Shown piece by piece: positions 28,517 to 37,777 of a stretch of 64,000 nucleotides of DNA (positions are counted from its first letter, which is position 1; each line of letters starts with the position of its first letter). The notes beneath the pieces were generated by a model. It was not told the origin of the DNA. It did not search any database and was given only the letters and a program-made list of their open reading frames with translations. The DNA comes from Myxococcota bacterium (GTDB taxonomy: Bacteria; Myxococcota; UBA4151), in contig JAYZBQ010000048.1 of the NCBI GenBank assembly GCA_036338695.1, positions 192,001 to 256,000 of the forward strand, given 5' to 3'. The translations under genes were made by a program, and so were the position numbers.

Positions 28517-31186
28517 ATGATGATCCTACGCTCGCTTGCGCTCTTGTCGCTCCTTTGCTCCCTGGCCTGCACGCAGGCCGAGCCCAGCGTCGATGCGGGG
28601 TCGGTCGATGCCGGCGTCGCCGACGCCGGTCCCGAAGACGCCGGCCGTCAGACCATCGGTCCCAACCCGTGCGACTGCACCGGGCTGCAGCGCTGCGACC
28701 CAGAGTTCCTCGACTGCGTCGAGCCAGAGGTCTGCGAAGAGGACGAGGACTGCCGCGGCGCGCGGATCTGCGTGCGCGGCGGATGCTATGACTGCTGGGG
28801 TGAAGAGCTGGCTGCATGCGTCGGCGGGCAGCTGTGCAGCAACGACGGCACCTGCCAAAGCGCTGCGCAGTGCGAAGACGCCTACGACTGCATCGACGGC
28901 CTCAGCTGCGGAGAGGATCTGCGCTGCGGTCCACCGGAGCCCTGCGACGCCGACGAGCTCGAGCCCAACAACCGACCGCTCGAGGCGCGCCGTATTGGCA
29001 GCGTCCACAAAGGGCTTTGGACCTGCGGTCAGGGGGATTGGTACAAGGTCCGCCTGCGCAAACGCGCCGTGATGGTGCGGCTGCGTGCGAGCAACGGCGC
29101 GCTCGATCCAAACAACCTCCCGATGGTCACGATCTACGATGGCGCCGCTCGCCGCCCGCTGGCGGTCGGAGCGCAAGAGGGCACGCGAGTGATCGCAGCT
29201 CTGCTCGGTGAGCCCATCGGTCAGGATGTGCTGGTCCACGTGCTCTCGCCTGAGGCCTTTCGTTATGACCTCTCGATTAAGCACCTGAATGACTTTTGCC
29301 CCGTGATCGATGCTGAGCCGAACAACACCAGCAGCATGGCGCTGCCGGTCTTGCTCGGGGCCGAGACCCTCGGGAGCCTGTGCGGCGCAACAGAGGAAGA
29401 GGACGACGTCGACTTGTACCAAGTCTCGGTCGCCGAGGGGCAGCGGATCGGGTTTATGCTCGAGCAAGGGGGCGCGAACGAGGTGTATCTGAGCCTCCGT
29501 GACGCCGAAGGCGCGCTGCTTGGAGAGGAGCTGACGCTCAGCGAGCGCACCACGCGCGGTGAGCTCGGCGTAGCAGCACAAGCAGGGACAGCTTTTGTGG
29601 CGCTGCGGGGACAAGGCGCGGCTTACCGGCTCCGCATCGGCTTGTTCGGCGCAGCCGGAGATTGCCGAGACGACGCCCAAGAGCCCGACGACCAACCCGA
29701 TTTTGCGCAAGCGCTCGGCGGCGACCCGGTAGAGGGCGTTTTATGCCCGAGCAGCACCGACCATCTCGCTTTTGACGCGCAAGGCGATGACGGCCTGCAC
29801 CTGGTCGTTACCGAAGAGCAAGGTACCGGCTCGAGCTGGATCCTGCGCAGCCCAAGCGGTCAAGCGATCGGGCTGCAGCGGCGCCCGGACGGGTTGCGGC
29901 TCGATCGACAGCGCATGGGCGAGCCGGGTCGGTATCTTTTGATCGGAAGCGGCGGCGCCCAGCGGAGCACCTACCGAGTCGAGCTTGAGCTCGTCGCAGG
30001 TGGCGCCTGCACCCCCGACTTTAGAGACCCGCAAGACGACCAGCGCGCCGGGGCGACCGAGCTCTCCATGAACGCTGGCTCAAGCATCTATACAGCCTGT
30101 GCCGACGCCGACTGGTTCCGTGTGACGCTGCCGAGCGGCTCAGGCCGGGTCAGCCTCAGGCGCTTCTCGTCGACGAGCGTCCCGCTCTCGATGGAGCTCT
30201 TCGCCGCCGAATCCGACAACCCCGTCGCTTCGACACAGGTCGCTGGCAGCGAGGGCGACCGCGAGTTTTCGCTCGAGCAAGGCGGTGAGTACTACCTGCG
30301 CGTGCTCGGAGACGCGAACGTCAGCACCCGATATCAGGTCATGATCATGGGGCCTCCGCCGAGCAACGACACCTGCGCGTCACCCGAGGCGATCCGACTC
30401 CGCCGCGGCGAGCCGCAGGTGCTCATGGGGACGACCGAAGGCGCCCACCACAACGCCGAGAGCGCCTGCGGCGGCTCACGCGCCGGGGACGTTCAGTACT
30501 TTGTCCAGGTGCCCGAAGGTGGCGGCATCGTGCGCTTTGAGCTCGAGACCTTGGCGAATGAGCAAGGGCGACGATACGACCACCTGATCAGCCTGAACCG
30601 GCTCTGCGGAGAGGCGAGCGAGCTGCTCTGCGACGACGACTCTCAGAGCAATTACAACGACCGCATCGAGGCGCAGCTTGACGCGGGCATCTACACGCTC
30701 ACGGTCGATACGCTCAGCAGCTTCTCGGGCGGCTCGCCGTTTCGCCTCACCGCCAGCATCGGCGCGGTCGACGAGCGGCTCCCGCTGATCGCTCCCGGTG
30801 ATGGCTGCAGCGCCAACATTCCGACCTTACCGCTGCCCGAGAACGAGCGCGGGACGATCCGAGTCGCCTCCACGAGCGAGGGCTTATCCGACTCTGCGCG
30901 CGGGAGCTGCGGGTTCACCATCGAAGGCCGCGACGCGTTCTTCGCCTTTGAGTTAAGCGCGGCGGCGGCGGTCCGAGCGGAGGTGCCCTACGCCGGCCGC
31001 TCGACGCTCTACCTACGGGCAGCGGCCTGCACGCTCCCTGTCGACCTCGCCTGCAACCTGAGCTGGCGAGGCAACCAAACCTTAGCGCTCGGCAACCTAC
31101 CCGCTGGGCGCTATGTCCTCATTTACGACCGCATGAGCAACCTTGACGGTCCCTTCACCCTCAGCCTGACGCTTAGTGACCCGTGA
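28517..31186 (+). CDS. Cys-rich lipoprotein with multiple PPC-like (EPNN/DWY) domains
   Basis: Lipobox SLAC; repeated D..EPN(N/D)...C...D(W/L)(Y/F) units. GTGA overlap with cysS. Confidence 0.8.
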   Translation: MMILRSLALLSLLCSLACTQAEPSVDAGSVDAGVADAGPEDAGRQTIGPNPCDCTGLQRCDPEFLDCVEPEVCEEDEDCRGARICVRGGCYDCWGEELAACVGGQLCSNDGTCQSAAQCEDAYDCIDGLSCGEDLRCGPPEPCDADELEPNNRPLEARRIGSVHKGLWTCGQGDWYKVRLRKRAVMVRLRASNGALDPNNLPMVTIYDGAARRPLAVGAQEGTRVIAALLGEPIGQDVLVHVLSPEAFRYDLSIKHLNDFCPVIDAEPNNTSSMALPVLLGAETLGSLCGATEEEDDVDLYQVSVAEGQRIGFMLEQGGANEVYLSLRDAEGALLGEELTLSERTTRGELGVAAQAGTAFVALRGQGAAYRLRIGLFGAAGDCRDDAQEPDDQPDFAQALGGDPVEGVLCPSSTDHLAFDAQGDDGLHLVVTEEQGTGSSWILRSPSGQAIGLQRRPDGLRLDRQRMGEPGRYLLIGSGGAQRSTYRVELELVAGGACTPDFRDPQDDQRAGATELSMNAGSSIYTACADADWFRVTLPSGSGRVSLRRFSSTSVPLSMELFAAESDNPVASTQVAGSEGDREFSLEQGGEYYLRVLGDANVSTRYQVMIMGPPPSNDTCASPEAIRLRRGEPQVLMGTTEGAHHNAESACGGSRAGDVQYFVQVPEGGGIVRFELETLANEQGRRYDHLISLNRLCGEASELLCDDDSQSNYNDRIEAQLDAGIYTLTVDTLSSFSGGSPFRLTASIGAVDERLPLIAPGDGCSANIPTLPLPENERGTIRVASTSEGLSDSARGSCGFTIEGRDAFFAFELSAAAAVRAEVPYAGRSTLYLRAAACTLPVDLACNLSWRGNQTLALGNLPAGRYVLIYDRMSNLDGPFTLSLTLSDP

Positions 31187-32646
31187 AACAGCCAAACCTC
31201 TACAACACCCTCACCAAATCCATTGAACCGCTCAACCCTCGCGACCCGGGTAAGGTCGGCCTCTACGTCTGCGGCGTGACGGTCTACAACCTGTGCCATA
31301 TCGGGCATGCCCGGGCTTACGTGGCCTTTGACGTGCTGGTGCGTGCGCTGCGGCATCTCGGGCACTCGGTCAAATACGTGCGCAACTTCACGGACGTCGA
31401 TGACAAGATCATCAACGCCGCCAACGCAGAGGGTGTCGAGGCGCTCGAGCTCGCCAACCGCTACATTAAGACCTTTCACGAGGACATGCGGGCGCTGGGC
31501 TGCGTCGAGGCGGACGTCGAGCCGCGGGTATCGACCCATATGGACGAGATCATCACCATGGTCGAGCAGCTGATCGAGCGCGGGCACGCATACGAGGTCG
31601 AGGGCGATGTGTACTTCGCCGTCCGCAGCTTCCCGAACTACGGTGCGCTGAGCCGTCGAGACCTCGACGATCTGCGCGCAGGCGCACGGGTCGCGCCCGG
31701 CGAGCACAAACGCGACCCGCTCGACTTTGCGCTCTGGAAAGCGAAGAAGCCCGGCGAGCCTTCGTGGACGTCGCCTTGGGGTGAGGGTCGACCGGGTTGG
31801 CATATCGAATGCTCGGCGATGTCGAGCACGCACCTCGGCTGTGACTTCGACATCCACGGCGGCGGCTCGGACCTCATCTTTCCCCACCACGAGAACGAGA
31901 TCGCGCAGAGCGAATGCGCCACGGGGGAGCGATACGTTCGGCACTGGATGCACAACGGCTTCGTGAACATCGACAACGAAAAGATGTCGAAGTCACTCGG
32001 GAACTTCTTCACCATCCGTGAGGTGTTAGAGCGCTTCAGCGGCGAGGCGATCCGTTACTTCCTGCTGACCACCCATTACCGGGCGCCGATCAACTTCTCC
32101 GATGCGCCGCTGATCGAAGCTGCAGATCGGATCGTCTACCTCTACGAGACCTTAGCGCGTGCCGACGAGGGTATGACGTCGGGCAACCCCGAGCTCGAGC
32201 CGCTTGAGCTCGTCGCCGAGCTGCAGCTCAGCCATCGCCTCGAGCAGGCGCTGTGCGAAGACCTCAACACCTGCAAGGTGCTGGCGCTGCTCTCGGACGC
32301 GCTCAGGACGATCAACGCGCTCGCTGAGCAGCCACCTGCGACGAAGGCGGAGCGCAAGCGGGTCCCGGCCTCGCTTCGAGCCCTACGTCAAGAGCTCGAG
32401 CCTGTACTGTCCGTACTCGGGATCGGCGAGAGTGACCCTCAACGTTGGCTCGACGCTCGGCGCGACCAACAAGCCGAGGCGCGCGGTATCGACCCCGCCG
32501 AGATCGAAGCTCAGATCGCCGCACGGCAAAGCGCAAAACTCGAGCGAGATTTTGCAAAGGCTGACGCCCTGCGCGAGGCTCTGGCGAGTCAAGGGATTGA
32601 ACTCTTGGACAAGCGGGCAGGGACCGTCTGGCGGTTTCTGACCTAA
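31183..32646 (+). CDS. cysS: Cysteine--tRNA ligase
   Basis: YVCG.TVY..CHIGH, PGWHIECSAM, KMSKSLGNF. Confidence 0.98.
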   Translation: MKQPNLYNTLTKSIEPLNPRDPGKVGLYVCGVTVYNLCHIGHARAYVAFDVLVRALRHLGHSVKYVRNFTDVDDKIINAANAEGVEALELANRYIKTFHEDMRALGCVEADVEPRVSTHMDEIITMVEQLIERGHAYEVEGDVYFAVRSFPNYGALSRRDLDDLRAGARVAPGEHKRDPLDFALWKAKKPGEPSWTSPWGEGRPGWHIECSAMSSTHLGCDFDIHGGGSDLIFPHHENEIAQSECATGERYVRHWMHNGFVNIDNEKMSKSLGNFFTIREVLERFSGEAIRYFLLTTHYRAPINFSDAPLIEAADRIVYLYETLARADEGMTSGNPELEPLELVAELQLSHRLEQALCEDLNTCKVLALLSDALRTINALAEQPPATKAERKRVPASLRALRQELEPVLSVLGIGESDPQRWLDARRDQQAEARGIDPAEIEAQIAARQSAKLERDFAKADALREALASQGIELLDKRAGTVWRFLT

Positions 32647-32659
32647 CCGAGGAGCCGCC

Positions 32660-33124
32660 GTGAACGAGCCCAGCGAGCTGCGCCGAGATTTCCTGAGAAA
32701 TCTGCCTTTGTTTGGCGGGGTCAGCCTCGAGGCTTGTGCGCAGCTTGCACAGGCGATTAAGCCCTTTGAGATCGATGACGGCAGCGCCGTGTATCAAGCC
32801 GGTGAGACCGGCGACTCCCTCTACATCCTCTTCTCGGGTGAGGTCGCGCTCGAGCAGGGACAGGTCGTGCTCAACGAGCTGTCATCAGGCGCCCATCTGG
32901 GCGACCTCGAGTTCTTCGATATGGCGCCGCGCAGCTTCACCGTGCGCGCCGTGGGGCCTTGCGAGGTCTGGCGTATCCCCTATCAAGCCTTTGACGAGCT
33001 TCGACGACAAGACCTGAGGAACTTTGCGCTCATCGCCATGAACGCTGCGCGTCAAATGAGCCGCCGTCTGCGCGAGATCGACACCGAACGCGTCGAGCGG
33101 CGCGCTGAAGAGGTGCGACACTAG
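32660..33124 (+). CDS. Stand-alone cyclic nucleotide-binding domain protein
   Basis: GETGDSLYILFSGEV...LGDLEF..APRSFTVRA. No HTH. Confidence 0.82.
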   Translation: MNEPSELRRDFLRNLPLFGGVSLEACAQLAQAIKPFEIDDGSAVYQAGETGDSLYILFSGEVALEQGQVVLNELSSGAHLGDLEFFDMAPRSFTVRAVGPCEVWRIPYQAFDELRRQDLRNFALIAMNAARQMSRRLREIDTERVERRAEEVRH

Positions 33125-33507
33125 GGGCAGCCGCCGGGGTCTGGTGACGGGACCGGGAGCAGGGTCAGGCGGATCGGCGTCTGCGCCTCGCCCTCCTCGA
33201 CCACGAGGGTTCGAGAGCACGCCACCGCGACACGGCGGCTGACGTCGCAGCCATCCCCCTCGATGCACCCATCGATCCGCAGCGTAAAGGCTCGCCCCGC
33301 CTCAGGAAACGGGATCCGGATCGGCCCATCGCCGACCCGCTGCGCTGGATACACCACGGGGGTCTCTGAGGTGAACTCGCGCACAAAAACCCGAAACCAG
33401 ACGATCCGCTCTTGCACCCCCGGGTCGCGCTCAAGCTCGACGGTCAACTCAGGGCCTCCGCAGCCCATACCAAGCGCCAGCCCGCACAGCAGCGTCCACG
33501 CTCTCAT
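33121..33507 (-). CDS. Small hypothetical lipoprotein
   Basis: Lipobox GMGC; ATGA-coupled to the PEGA gene. Confidence 0.65.
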   Translation of the reverse strand: MRAWTLLCGLALGMGCGGPELTVELERDPGVQERIVWFRVFVREFTSETPVVYPAQRVGDGPIRIPFPEAGRAFTLRIDGCIEGDGCDVSRRVAVACSRTLVVEEGEAQTPIRLTLLPVPSPDPGGCP

Positions 33508-34628
33508 CGCAGCCCCCCTGGATCGATCACGACACCCGACCCATCCTCAAGCCACAGGGCCAAACCAACCCCAGAGAGCACCGCCACCACGACCCCCGAG
33601 GCGACGGCGCCGATCACCACAGGGCGCAGCTGATTCGGCGCTCGCCCCATCGCTCGCTCAAGAAGCTGCTCACTGGGAGGAGGCGCCGAGGCGTCACGCA
33701 AGCTGCGCAGCAGATCACCGAGCGGTTTGAGCGGCGCGTCCTGCGCGGTCAGGTTAGCGACAGTCAAGCCTTCAATGACGCCCGCCTCGCTGAGTCTCAG
33801 GCCAAACAGATCAAAGCCCTGGGCGGCGCGCACCACACCGACGGCGAACCGAACGCGTCCTTGCCCCGTGGTCGCCGCAGCGCGCGTCAAACGCTCGGCT
33901 CCTAGCCGCTCGCGCCACACCGAGAAGAAGGCGCCGGCGGTCTGTGCGTCTGCGCCCAAGTCGGCGCGCACCACGCGCCCCTCGCGGCCTAAATCTACAA
34001 CCTGCTGAACACTCCGAGCCCCCGCTACCACCCGCAGGTAGTGACGCCCCGGGACGAGGTTCGAGATCGTCATCGGCGCTTGACCCTTCGGTTTTCCGTC
34101 GAGCCAGATGGTCGCGCCGGCTGGTCGGACCTCAACCGTCAGGCTGCGCCGAGCGCCTGCAAGCGTCGTAACAGCGAGGCGCTCATAGGCGCTGAGCACC
34201 TCAGGTCGGTACAAGCTCGGGTCTAAAAAGGCGTCGGGAAGGAGCGCGTGGTGCTGCTGAAACGCCGAGGCGGCGCCGAGCTCGTCATCGAGCAAAAGCT
34301 GGATCTGACCCAACATCAACAGGCTCTCAGCCAGCAGCTCGACGCTGTCGAGCCACGGGTGAGTGTTTGCGCTCATGGCTCCGATCAGCCGCTCAACAGC
34401 GCCTCGACTCGCCTCTAAATTGCCCCGCCGAAAGGTGACGTTAATCGCTGCTAGGCGCTGCTTCCAGCTCTCGATCTGCGCCGCTTGTGCCTGCCGCAGC
34501 CCCAAAAACTCGGCGGACTTCAGCTGAAGCCGCTCCACCAGAGCCGGCGGCACCTCGCTCTCGAGCGCGTCGACGCCGATCCACACGGGCCCCGAAGCCA
34601 TCACGACCATCAGCGTCACTGCTAGCAT
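33504..34628 (-). CDS. PEGA-domain protein with a signal peptide and C-terminal TM helix
   Basis: VRPAGATIWLDGKPKGQAP...LVPGRHYLRV. Confidence 0.8.
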   Translation of the reverse strand: MLAVTLMVVMASGPVWIGVDALESEVPPALVERLQLKSAEFLGLRQAQAAQIESWKQRLAAINVTFRRGNLEASRGAVERLIGAMSANTHPWLDSVELLAESLLMLGQIQLLLDDELGAASAFQQHHALLPDAFLDPSLYRPEVLSAYERLAVTTLAGARRSLTVEVRPAGATIWLDGKPKGQAPMTISNLVPGRHYLRVVAGARSVQQVVDLGREGRVVRADLGADAQTAGAFFSVWRERLGAERLTRAAATTGQGRVRFAVGVVRAAQGFDLFGLRLSEAGVIEGLTVANLTAQDAPLKPLGDLLRSLRDASAPPPSEQLLERAMGRAPNQLRPVVIGAVASGVVVAVLSGVGLALWLEDGSGVVIDPGGLR

Positions 34629-34738
34629 GGTTCTCTCCACCGCCTACGTCACTGTGCCAAACGGAGCGCACATTGGTCCAGAAACTTGGAAAGAAACGCC
34701 GCGACGGCTAAATCGGTGGCACGACTCAAGGAGCGTTT

Positions 34739-36727
34739 TTGAGTTTTTCCGGAGGTCAACCGACCCACATCGGGCGCTATCGTATCCTTCGCCGGCTTGC
34801 GAGCGGTGGCTTAGCCGAGGTCTATCTCGGCGTCTCCGAGGGACCCGACGGCTTCATCAAACCGGTCGCTATCAAGCGCCTCCACAGCTACTTCGCTGAA
34901 AACGCTAGTTTCATTAACATGTTGGCGGATGAAGCGCGCGTCACGGCGCGCTTAGACCACCCGCACATCGCGCAGGTGCTCGAGTTCAACTACGACGAGG
35001 CGAACGGCGAGGGCTACCTCGTCTACGAGTTCGTGCCCGGGCGGACGCTGAGTCAGCTGCTGCGGCAAGATCCGCGCGGCGCGAAGGGCGCGCGCGGCGA
35101 GCGCTTTGCCCTCAGCGAGCCCGAGGCCATCGCCGTCACCATCGGCTGCGCACGAGCACTCCATTACGCGGCGCAGCGGGTCGACAACCGCGGCGAAAAG
35201 CTCGGCGTGGTGCACCGCGACCTCTCGCCACCGAACATCATGGTCAGCTTCTCGGGTACGGTGAAGGTGATCGACTTTGGCATCGCCCAAGCGAAACACC
35301 GAATCGAGCAGACCGAGACGGGGGTCGTGAAAGGTAAGTTCCGTTATATGAGCCCAGAGCAGCTGCGCGGGGATGAGCTCACGCACTGCTCGGATCTCTA
35401 CTCGCTCGGGGTCGTCTTGTTCGAACTCCTCAACGGCGAAGCGCTCTTTCAAGCAGACGATGACCTGGCGCTGATGGCGAAGGTGCAGTCGGGTATGAGG
35501 GCGCCTTTTCATGAGAGCTTACCGGACACCAGCGCCGAGCTCATTGCGCTGCTCGAGCAGCTGCTTGAGCAGCCGATCGGCAACCGGGTGCCGTCAGGCG
35601 CTGAGCTGGCGCAAAGACTCCAACAGATTCTGATCCAGACCCATGAAGTCTTTGACCATGAGCAGATTCTGCACGCGCTCATGGAGCGGCGTTTTCCGGG
35701 CGCCGGCTCGGCCATCGAGCAAGAGCTCTCGCTCTCCAGCGCGCCGAAAGAGGCCGAGGGAGTGCGCCGCGTCCAGAAACTCGGTCTCGACCGCACCGCC
35801 GCATCGCCTACCCTGACGCTGGCAAGCGCACCGACGACGCCCTTTGATGCAAGCGGCGCACCGGACCACTGGTCTGATCAACCGACGATCGTGAGCCAGA
35901 CGCTCGAATTCGAGGACGACGACAACACGGAAGGGCTGGTCACCGATAAGATCGTGCGCAGTGACCCGCTCCGACAGACGCTCATGGTGTTGGTTGTCTT
36001 TGTCACCGTCGCCATTTTGACCTTTGCGGCGGTGCGATGGCGGCAGGCGGCCGACCCACCCGAGCCGGCAAAAGCAGCAGCGATCGAACAGGTACCACTG
36101 GCGGTTAACTGTCCCCCTCAGGCGCAAATTGAGCTGAGCTCGGCAGGGACTCAGTTGATCAAACAGGGGTGCCCCTTCGCCGAGGTGCTGCCTGTCGGGA
36201 CCTACGAAGCGGTGATCACGCGCGCCGGATACACCCCCAAACGCCTGACCATCACACTCAACGAGCCGACCCGATACCCGAACCAAGGCAGCATCCCGCT
36301 GCTGCCCATTAGGGGCATGCTCGAGTTAGCGATCGCGCCTCCAGGGCTCGAGTCGACGATCGAGATCGACGGCGAGCCATGGAGTCAAGGCCAAGCGCTC
36401 ACGCCGGGCTCAAAAACGGTCACGGTCCTAGCCAAAGGCTTTCTTCGCCAGACCCTCACCGCCCATATCGTCGGTGATGAGACCACTCGCCTGGCGGTGA
36501 CGCTCAAGCGCCCACAGTTTGGCAAACTCCACATCAAAGCCCCGCCTCGAGGCTGGTCGGATGTCTACCATGGCGGCAAGAAAATCTGTTCGATGCCGCC
36601 TGGCTGTGAACGCTTGACCTTACCCGGCGGAATCCAGACTCTAGAGCTCCGCTCCGTGGGTGCGCCGCAGCGGCGCCGGGTCCACATCCGAGCCAACGCG
36701 ACCACCGTGCTGGATCTGTCGAAGTAA
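34739..36727 (+). CDS. Membrane Ser/Thr protein kinase with extracytoplasmic PEGA-like domains
   Basis: GGLAEVY, AIK, HRDLSPPN, DFG, YMSPEQ; TM segment. Confidence 0.93.
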   Translation: MSFSGGQPTHIGRYRILRRLASGGLAEVYLGVSEGPDGFIKPVAIKRLHSYFAENASFINMLADEARVTARLDHPHIAQVLEFNYDEANGEGYLVYEFVPGRTLSQLLRQDPRGAKGARGERFALSEPEAIAVTIGCARALHYAAQRVDNRGEKLGVVHRDLSPPNIMVSFSGTVKVIDFGIAQAKHRIEQTETGVVKGKFRYMSPEQLRGDELTHCSDLYSLGVVLFELLNGEALFQADDDLALMAKVQSGMRAPFHESLPDTSAELIALLEQLLEQPIGNRVPSGAELAQRLQQILIQTHEVFDHEQILHALMERRFPGAGSAIEQELSLSSAPKEAEGVRRVQKLGLDRTAASPTLTLASAPTTPFDASGAPDHWSDQPTIVSQTLEFEDDDNTEGLVTDKIVRSDPLRQTLMVLVVFVTVAILTFAAVRWRQAADPPEPAKAAAIEQVPLAVNCPPQAQIELSSAGTQLIKQGCPFAEVLPVGTYEAVITRAGYTPKRLTITLNEPTRYPNQGSIPLLPIRGMLELAIAPPGLESTIEIDGEPWSQGQALTPGSKTVTVLAKGFLRQTLTAHIVGDETTRLAVTLKRPQFGKLHIKAPPRGWSDVYHGGKKICSMPPGCERLTLPGGIQTLELRSVGAPQRRRVHIRANATTVLDLSK

Positions 36728-36739
36728 AAGGAGTCACTC

Positions 36740-37777
36740 GTGCGGCTGCTCGTCCTCCTTGGCCTCTCCTCCTGCGCTGCGCCCCTCATCGAAGCGGAGC
36801 GGCGTCACTGCTTGTATTCGCTCGAGTGTGAGCTGGATGAGCGCTGCATTCAGCAACGCTGTGTGCGGCTCGACGCAGGCGCCAGTCAAGACGCAGGACC
36901 GGTCTGCGAAGACCCAGACAGCGACGGCGCCCACCTCGACGGGCTCATCATCCAGCGAGAGGAGACGCAGCGCAATCGACACGTCTGCCCGAGCTCGCCC
37001 GACCAATACATTCACCAGCTCACCGTCGGTGCCCAGGTGCACGCTTGGGCGGTCGCCGAGTCGGGTCCGGCTCCCGTCCTGCACGTGATCGATCAGGACG
37101 CTGAGCTGCCCACAGCCTGCGCCGCTGGCGACGACCGCTGCAGCCAAGGGGGGCGACTGACCGGCCTGACGGTCACGCGCGTCGAGGCGAGCTCCAAAGT
37201 GATCGTAGCGGCTCCTGAGGCGCAGCTCACCCACTACGAGCTCGGCGTTCGCTTCGGCAACCCATGCGACCGCCAGACCGACTGCGGCGGTGACCGTCGC
37301 TGCGTCCAAGCCATCGCTGAGCGACCGGATCAAGTCGGCACCACGGGGATCTGTGTGTTCGCTCAAGAGCTCGAGATCGACAGCAATTGTGACCGCACCG
37401 ACCCAAGCAGCGAACACGCCGAGAGCGCCCCGGATACTGGCTCGCTCGATGAGCTCACCCTCGAGGACGTACCCACCTGTCAACACGACAACGATTGGTA
37501 CACCGTGCGGGTCGAGGCTGCCGGCGATGTGACCAAAACCGTCCGCCTCGTCAGCGTCGCTGCGACGGACAACGAGCTCAGCGGCGTCTCGCTGTTCATC
37601 GGGCTGTACAGCCCAGACGATCTACGCCCGCTCCGCTTTCAGGTGATCTACTTTCCGCCAGGGACGCTCGAGCTACCCTTGAGCCTGAGCAACCTCGCCC
37701 AAGGCGAGTATCGGCTCCGCATCACCCAGATCAATGCGCGCTCGGTCCCGAGCACCTACAGCCTGTCGAGCCCTTAG
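36740..37777 (+). CDS. Cys-rich lipoprotein with PPC-like domains
   Basis: Lipobox LSSC; C...DNDWY and L.QGEY.LRI motifs. Confidence 0.7.
   Translation: MRLLVLLGLSSCAAPLIEAERRHCLYSLECELDERCIQQRCVRLDAGASQDAGPVCEDPDSDGAHLDGLIIQREETQRNRHVCPSSPDQYIHQLTVGAQVHAWAVAESGPAPVLHVIDQDAELPTACAAGDDRCSQGGRLTGLTVTRVEASSKVIVAAPEAQLTHYELGVRFGNPCDRQTDCGGDRRCVQAIAERPDQVGTTGICVFAQELEIDSNCDRTDPSSEHAESAPDTGSLDELTLEDVPTCQHDNDWYTVRVEAAGDVTKTVRLVSVAATDNELSGVSLFIGLYSPDDLRPLRFQVIYFPPGTLELPLSLSNLAQGEYRLRITQINARSVPSTYSLSSP

Noticed and set aside
24869..29710. Long antisense ORFs (465, 450 and 394 aa, and many similar ones elsewhere)
   Set aside because: These are shadow ORFs of high-GC3 genes, with no motifs and fully overlapping well-supported CDSs.
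34645..34735. TGGCAC hexamers on both strands between the PEGA and kinase genes as sigma54 promoters
   Set aside because: Neither has the GC dinucleotide 10 nt after the GG.
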